From positions 1 to 38,705 of the IMG/VR virus record IMGVR_UViG_3300030397_000524: a DNA stretch of 38,705 bases. One strand, 5' to 3'. Of the stretch, positions 34,442 through 38,705 are shown piece after piece; the stretch's first letter is position 1, and each line of letters starts with the position of its first letter. The position numbers and the translations under genes are program-made. The notes under the pieces are model-generated. The model saw only the letters and a program-made list of their open reading frames with translations. It was not told the DNA's origin and searched no databases. The DNA is from a virus (taxonomy: Duplodnaviria; Caudoviricetes).

Positions 34442-35152
34442 TTATTTGTTTGGGACGGTTACGGTTAGTGTATTTCGGCCAGGATTGCACACATTCTTGA
34501 TAACCAAGGGATACGAATGATCGTCTAGTTCTAGCGCAATAAATGCAAGGTAGCAACCAGTAGCTGAGTAAGCTGTGGTGCTGTTCATTGTTGCAATAAA
34601 ACCTGGTTCTGTGTCGTATCTCTCAGTAAAAAATGTGTGGTTGTTTCTTTGGTAGTCCAAAAGATTATATCTGTCAAACCCGTCTCTGCTATTCACAGAT
34701 ACGGTTCCAGACTCAAAGCCACCCTGTATCCATTCGCTTAAGTCATATCTGATCTTAGCTACTTCGCCGTGTGCCCAAATAAGATTTTTTCTTGCTTCAT
34801 TTGGACCCGTGTTTTCAAGAGAACTGTATAGGCTACCGTTAATCCAAATTTCAGAAGTAATTACATGACCTTGGATGCCTGTAGTGTTAATGAACAGGGC
34901 CCGCAGGGAATCTACAGTAAAAGAATAAGTCCAGGGAAGTGTGTCAGCTATGGTTTCAAGGTTGTTGTTCTCATCAATGAAGTCAATCGGATTGTATCTC
35001 CCTGTGAAAGTCCCATAAACCCTGTATTCCACCTCAGATGGAAAGGTGATGTTAGGGGCATCAAATGGAATTAGAGAGTCATCGTTATCGCTTCCAAACA
35101 AGTCACAACCAGCAAATAACAGAATTGTAGATAATAAATAGAGATATCTCAT
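34442..35152 (-). CDS. lipoprotein (candidate superinfection exclusion / lysogenic conversion)
   Basis: Start ATG 35152: MRYLYLLSTILLFAG|CDLFGSDNDD with lipobox and acidic patch; antisense within tail operon. Confidence 0.75.
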   Translation of the reverse strand: MRYLYLLSTILLFAGCDLFGSDNDDSLIPFDAPNITFPSEVEYRVYGTFTGRYNPIDFIDENNNLETIADTLPWTYSFTVDSLRALFINTTGIQGHVITSEIWINGSLYSSLENTGPNEARKNLIWAHGEVAKIRYDLSEWIQGGFESGTVSVNSRDGFDRYNLLDYQRNNHTFFTERYDTEPGFIATMNSTTAYSATGCYLAFIALELDDHSYPLVIKNVCNPGRNTLTVTVPNK

Positions 35153-37097
35153 GCCAGAAGATATTAAGATAGGTTTAGGTGCTGATGTATCTGACCTGCT
35201 TAAAGGTATTGAGCAGGCAAAAGACAAGATACGCAGCTTTGGTAAAGCTGTTAACGCTGCCAACCCTGATACGGATTCATTTCGGAAAATACAACAGCAA
35301 TTAGAACGCCAAGGCATTAAGACAACGGCAGCTATTGAGAGTCAGATTGTTGAGTTTAGAAATCTACAAAAAGTCTTTGGCCAAGATGCTGTTGCAGCAG
35401 CTGAGATAGAAAAGCGTCTTAAATCACTAAATGATGAGTTAGAAAGAGTAAACTCATCTGTAAGTTCTGCTATACCACCATTTAATGCCTTAACTAATGC
35501 TCAAAGCACTCTTGCTAGAATAGGAGTCGTTACATCTGAGTCTATTGAAAAACAAATAGCACAGCTTGAGCGGCTAAAAATTACATTTAAAGATGACGCA
35601 ACAGTGGTTGCCCAGCTTAATGCGCGTATCGACAGGCTCAATCAATCACTTCAGGGGGGCCGTGGGCTTACTGGTTCTTCTGGACAGGCAACCAACGCGC
35701 TTACCAACCTAAACCGCGTCGTTCAAGATGCTCCATTTGGCTTTCTTGCAATATCTAACAACATAGATCCTCTTATTTTTTCATTCCAGCAACTACAAAA
35801 AAGCACAGGAGGAGGCAAGGCTGCACTTCAAGCGCTACTTACAGCGTTGTCTGGTCCTGCTGGTTTACTCTTTGCAGTGTCAACTGCAACAAGTTTATTT
35901 ATTGCGTTTGGTGACAACATCAAGGCAGCTTTTGCTAAAGGCAAGAAAGCTGCTGAGGATGCAAAAAAAGCATTTAAGGATGTACTAGATGATGTCATAT
36001 CTATACAAACAGGAAGTGGAAGGGTAGAATTTAAGACACTTGCTCAGGTTGAAGAAGGTGTTGATAGAATAGAAACTGAAATCAAGCAGGCGCAGTCACT
36101 ACTAGCTGGATTTGAGAAAGAATTATCACAGGGTAGATTTGGTGCAGGTAGACCTGGTTTAGTAGGTCCTGGGGCGGCTCCTGCTTTTGATAGTTCGGCA
36201 GATTCACTAGGTGAGCTAAACGAGAATATTGAGAACACAAAAACACGCATTGAGAAGTTAGAGGAGGTGCTTGCTGTTCTTAGGGCTGGAGCAGAGAAGT
36301 TTAAGGTATCTGATGATTTGAGCAGTATCCTTGGCGGACTAGGAACGCCTGAATTCAGCAAGTTTCCAGAGGTGCCACTTCCTGCAACAATATTACCACC
36401 TGAACCTGTTGATCCTAATGATGCTAAGTTTAGACTAGGACCACTACCAAATATAGCAGAAAACTTTAATGACCCAATAGCTGAAGCAACTACTAACCTC
36501 CTGAACTTTGAAAAGGCGGTAAATACAGGGTTGGTTACAGGTGTAGAAGCAGCGCAGCAACGTATTAACCTCCTCACTACTCGCCTTAGAGTAATGATTG
36601 CTGAAGGCGTCAATCCTGCTTCATCGATATTTCGAGAATTACAAGCAGATCTGAATGTTGCACAATCAGAGTTTGACAGCCTAAACAAGTCGATTGAGGT
36701 TAATCAAATTGCTTTTGACATATTTACAGATGCTGGTGGACAGCTTTTAGACTCCCTTCTTGATAAAACACAAAGCCTTGGTGATGCGCTTAGAAATGTT
36801 GGGAGACAGCTTCTTTCATTTGGTTTAAATCTTGGCCTGAGCGCTGTTGGTAAGGCTCTATTTCCCGGTATTGATGGCCTGATTCCCCTTGCCTCCGGTG
36901 GTATTGTCAGAGGCCCAACACCGGCACTCATTGGTGAAGCCGGCCCAGAGGCTGTTATACCACTTGACAAACTTGGATCTGTTGGCGCACCAAGAAAGTT
37001 TGAAGTGAAAGCGCTCAGGATTAGTGGTGGTGATTTGCTTCTAGGCCTCCAGGAAGCAAATAGTACAAGAGGCGTAGGAGGCGTTATCATAGACTAA
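35151..37097 (+). CDS. tail tape measure protein
   Basis: IKIGLGADVSDLLKGI, helical A/L/Q-rich, NRVVQDAPFG, C-terminal LASGGIVRGPTPALIGEAGPEAVIPL. Confidence 0.9.
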   Translation: MPEDIKIGLGADVSDLLKGIEQAKDKIRSFGKAVNAANPDTDSFRKIQQQLERQGIKTTAAIESQIVEFRNLQKVFGQDAVAAAEIEKRLKSLNDELERVNSSVSSAIPPFNALTNAQSTLARIGVVTSESIEKQIAQLERLKITFKDDATVVAQLNARIDRLNQSLQGGRGLTGSSGQATNALTNLNRVVQDAPFGFLAISNNIDPLIFSFQQLQKSTGGGKAALQALLTALSGPAGLLFAVSTATSLFIAFGDNIKAAFAKGKKAAEDAKKAFKDVLDDVISIQTGSGRVEFKTLAQVEEGVDRIETEIKQAQSLLAGFEKELSQGRFGAGRPGLVGPGAAPAFDSSADSLGELNENIENTKTRIEKLEEVLAVLRAGAEKFKVSDDLSSILGGLGTPEFSKFPEVPLPATILPPEPVDPNDAKFRLGPLPNIAENFNDPIAEATTNLLNFEKAVNTGLVTGVEAAQQRINLLTTRLRVMIAEGVNPASSIFRELQADLNVAQSEFDSLNKSIEVNQIAFDIFTDAGGQLLDSLLDKTQSLGDALRNVGRQLLSFGLNLGLSAVGKALFPGIDGLIPLASGGIVRGPTPALIGEAGPEAVIPLDKLGSVGAPRKFEVKALRISGGDLLLGLQEANSTRGVGGVIID

Positions 37098-38599
37098 TGG
37101 CTTACGGTACTAGATGGACAATACAGGGCACAAACGAGCAAACTGGCAATGTCTGGAACGCTTACATCAAAGAGCGTGACTATACAGGGTCCAATACAGG
37201 CATAGATCCCGGTGAAGTGCCAATCTCTGTATCCTACACGCGAACAGGATTTCATTCTGGTGTAGACATGTGGAATATTGCTGCTTCTACATGTGAGGTT
37301 ACTTTTTCAGATGACGTAACAGGCCTGCTTCAAGATGTATTAAACGGTGATGACGAGCAGTTTCAGATAGAGATAGACAACTCTACAGTGGGGCAAATTG
37401 AATGGACAGGGTTCGTAGTCCCTGATTCTTATACTTATTCCCTTTATGCTCCTGGAATATCAAGGCTGCGAGCAGTAGATAGAATCAATGACCTGAAAAA
37501 TATTGCATACGCAAACGGCACCACAACTTATACAGGCAGAGATAGCCTGTTAGGTATTTTAACGGATTGCCTCAGTCCGACAAATATCGATATTGGGTTT
37601 GCTATTCATGATATGGTGTATCCCCATTTTGATTCTAACAACCTGGATACAACAGACGATGTGTTAGTTAATTTATTTGCGGATAGGACGGTATTTCAGA
37701 GCGAAGACGGCGATCCGTTTTCATGCTTTGATGTGCTTGAGCAGGTGCTCATTGCAAAGAAACTTAGGCTGTACCAGGTGGAAAACCGCTGGCTCATCAC
37801 GCAGCGTAAAAGAAATATCTTTGATTCGTCAGGCACTGATGTATTTACAGTATTTCTTTACGACTCCTCGGGTGTAGCAGAGGCAACGCCTACAGAAAAT
37901 CTCACGGCCCGCAAAGAAGTATCGATTAACGATGATAGTACTAGCTTTGCAATTGCGCCCACAGCAGGTGGAACCATTCCAATTGGTAAAGCAAGTGCAA
38001 CCTATTATCACAATACACCTACTGAGGGACTATTGCAGAACACGGGCTTCCAATCTGCTATTCAATCTAGTGGTGGCACAAGTACCGACAACTGGCGACC
38101 AGGTGGAACGATGCCTACTGCAACGCTTGATTCACCGGGCGTAGGAAACTTCTCTACAGGAGATGCCGCAAGCACACAGGCTCTGTATATGGACTCTATT
38201 TATGAGTCTACGACGGGCTTTACGACTATTGCTGACGCTATAGCAAATCTAAATGATTATGTAGAGCAGACGACGAGTGGGACAATAGTAGGTGGTTCGG
38301 ATATTACGCTTCAGATAGATTTCAATTATAGACAAGAGCCAGTTTCCGGTACGCTCAGTTTTGCCGGTCAAATGTATTTGTTTATTGAGCTTCATGTAGA
38401 CACTTATAAACTATACAGGGCTTCTCATACTGGCGCATACGCATGGTCAACAACTCCAGGTACAGACGAAGAAAAACTTCCCTTTATAGTCAACCTAGAC
38501 CCTGGTACAGACAACAAGATTTCATTTACCACACCAGCATTAGACGATTCAGGGGCGATATCAGGCGAAGTATATTTCAAAATTTACGACTATTGCTGA
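37097..38599 (+). CDS. distal tail/baseplate hub protein (C-terminus probably truncated by the terminal duplication)
   Basis: MAYGTRW.., I.AS.C.V, WTGFV.PD.Y, AVD.I.DLK, SCFDVLEQV...RLYQ...W; follows TMP. Confidence 0.65.
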   Translation: MAYGTRWTIQGTNEQTGNVWNAYIKERDYTGSNTGIDPGEVPISVSYTRTGFHSGVDMWNIAASTCEVTFSDDVTGLLQDVLNGDDEQFQIEIDNSTVGQIEWTGFVVPDSYTYSLYAPGISRLRAVDRINDLKNIAYANGTTTYTGRDSLLGILTDCLSPTNIDIGFAIHDMVYPHFDSNNLDTTDDVLVNLFADRTVFQSEDGDPFSCFDVLEQVLIAKKLRLYQVENRWLITQRKRNIFDSSGTDVFTVFLYDSSGVAEATPTENLTARKEVSINDDSTSFAIAPTAGGTIPIGKASATYYHNTPTEGLLQNTGFQSAIQSSGGTSTDNWRPGGTMPTATLDSPGVGNFSTGDAASTQALYMDSIYESTTGFTTIADAIANLNDYVEQTTSGTIVGGSDITLQIDFNYRQEPVSGTLSFAGQMYLFIELHVDTYKLYRASHTGAYAWSTTPGTDEEKLPFIVNLDPGTDNKISFTTPALDDSGAISGEVYFKIYDYC

Positions 38600-38705
38600 C
38601 GCTATAGCAAATCTAAATGATTATGTAGAGCAGACGACGAGTGGGACAATAGTAGGTGGTTCGGATATTACGCTTCAGATAGATTTCAATTATAGACAAG
38701 AGCCA
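38219..38705. repeat. exact 123-bp duplication (38219-38341 = 38583-38705) at window end
   Basis: Read directly; likely assembly artefact. Confidence 0.9.

Noticed and set aside
35153-35317. N-terminal extension of the 291-aa minus-strand ORF
   Set aside because: It is antisense to the TMP; the lipoprotein signal peptide begins at ATG 35152.
36044-37090. Long antisense ORFs (214 aa, 128 aa) in the TMP, and similar ones opposite other genes
   Set aside because: Antisense shadows of well-supported genes, with no motifs or initiation signals.
38219-38705. Exact 123-bp duplication at the window end that frameshifts the distal tail gene; considered a DGR TR/VR pair or a terminal repeat
   Set aside because: The copies are identical with no adenine-specific differences, no reverse transcriptase is in the window, the copy runs to the last base and does not match the window start. 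Most consistent with an assembly or chimeric-read artefact.

Overview
This window is about 38.7 kb of a siphovirus-type tailed phage or prophage genome. The host is probably from the FCB group (Rhodothermales/Bacteroidota-like), a weak inference from the tape-measure motif QDAPFG..ISNNI and an AGCD..SD lipoprotein. From 1 to 9.9 kb is a leftward early/replication operon: RuvC-like resolvase, DnaA-C HTH, Dam-type methylase, a replication initiator with 5 internal iterons, an SSB-like protein and many small hypotheticals. At 9.7-10.6 kb is a divergent RHH/HTH-repressor switch. From 10.9 to 19.4 kb are accessory genes, a displaced Ser/Thr-rich virion-like module, a secreted beta-helix protein and a Cre-like tyrosine recombinase with a candidate site directly upstream. 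From 19.5 kb to the end is the morphogenesis operon (terS, terL, portal, minor head, scaffold, capsid, neck, tail tube, -1 frameshifted chaperones, tape measure, distal tail). It is interrupted by a cluster of 3 glycosyltransferases plus a sulfotransferase in the head module, and by a three-gene YefM-like/YoeB cassette and an antisense lipoprotein in the tail module. The most notable observations are: (1) the TA cassette is enclosed by a perfect 20-bp inverted repeat, and both ends carry boxA-like motifs that recur in a hairpin-rich early leader; (2) a candidate sulfated-glycan virion modification system; (3) two unrelated neighbouring genes end in the same AMGRGY peptide encoded by different codons. 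All calls come from reading the sequence by eye, with no database searches.
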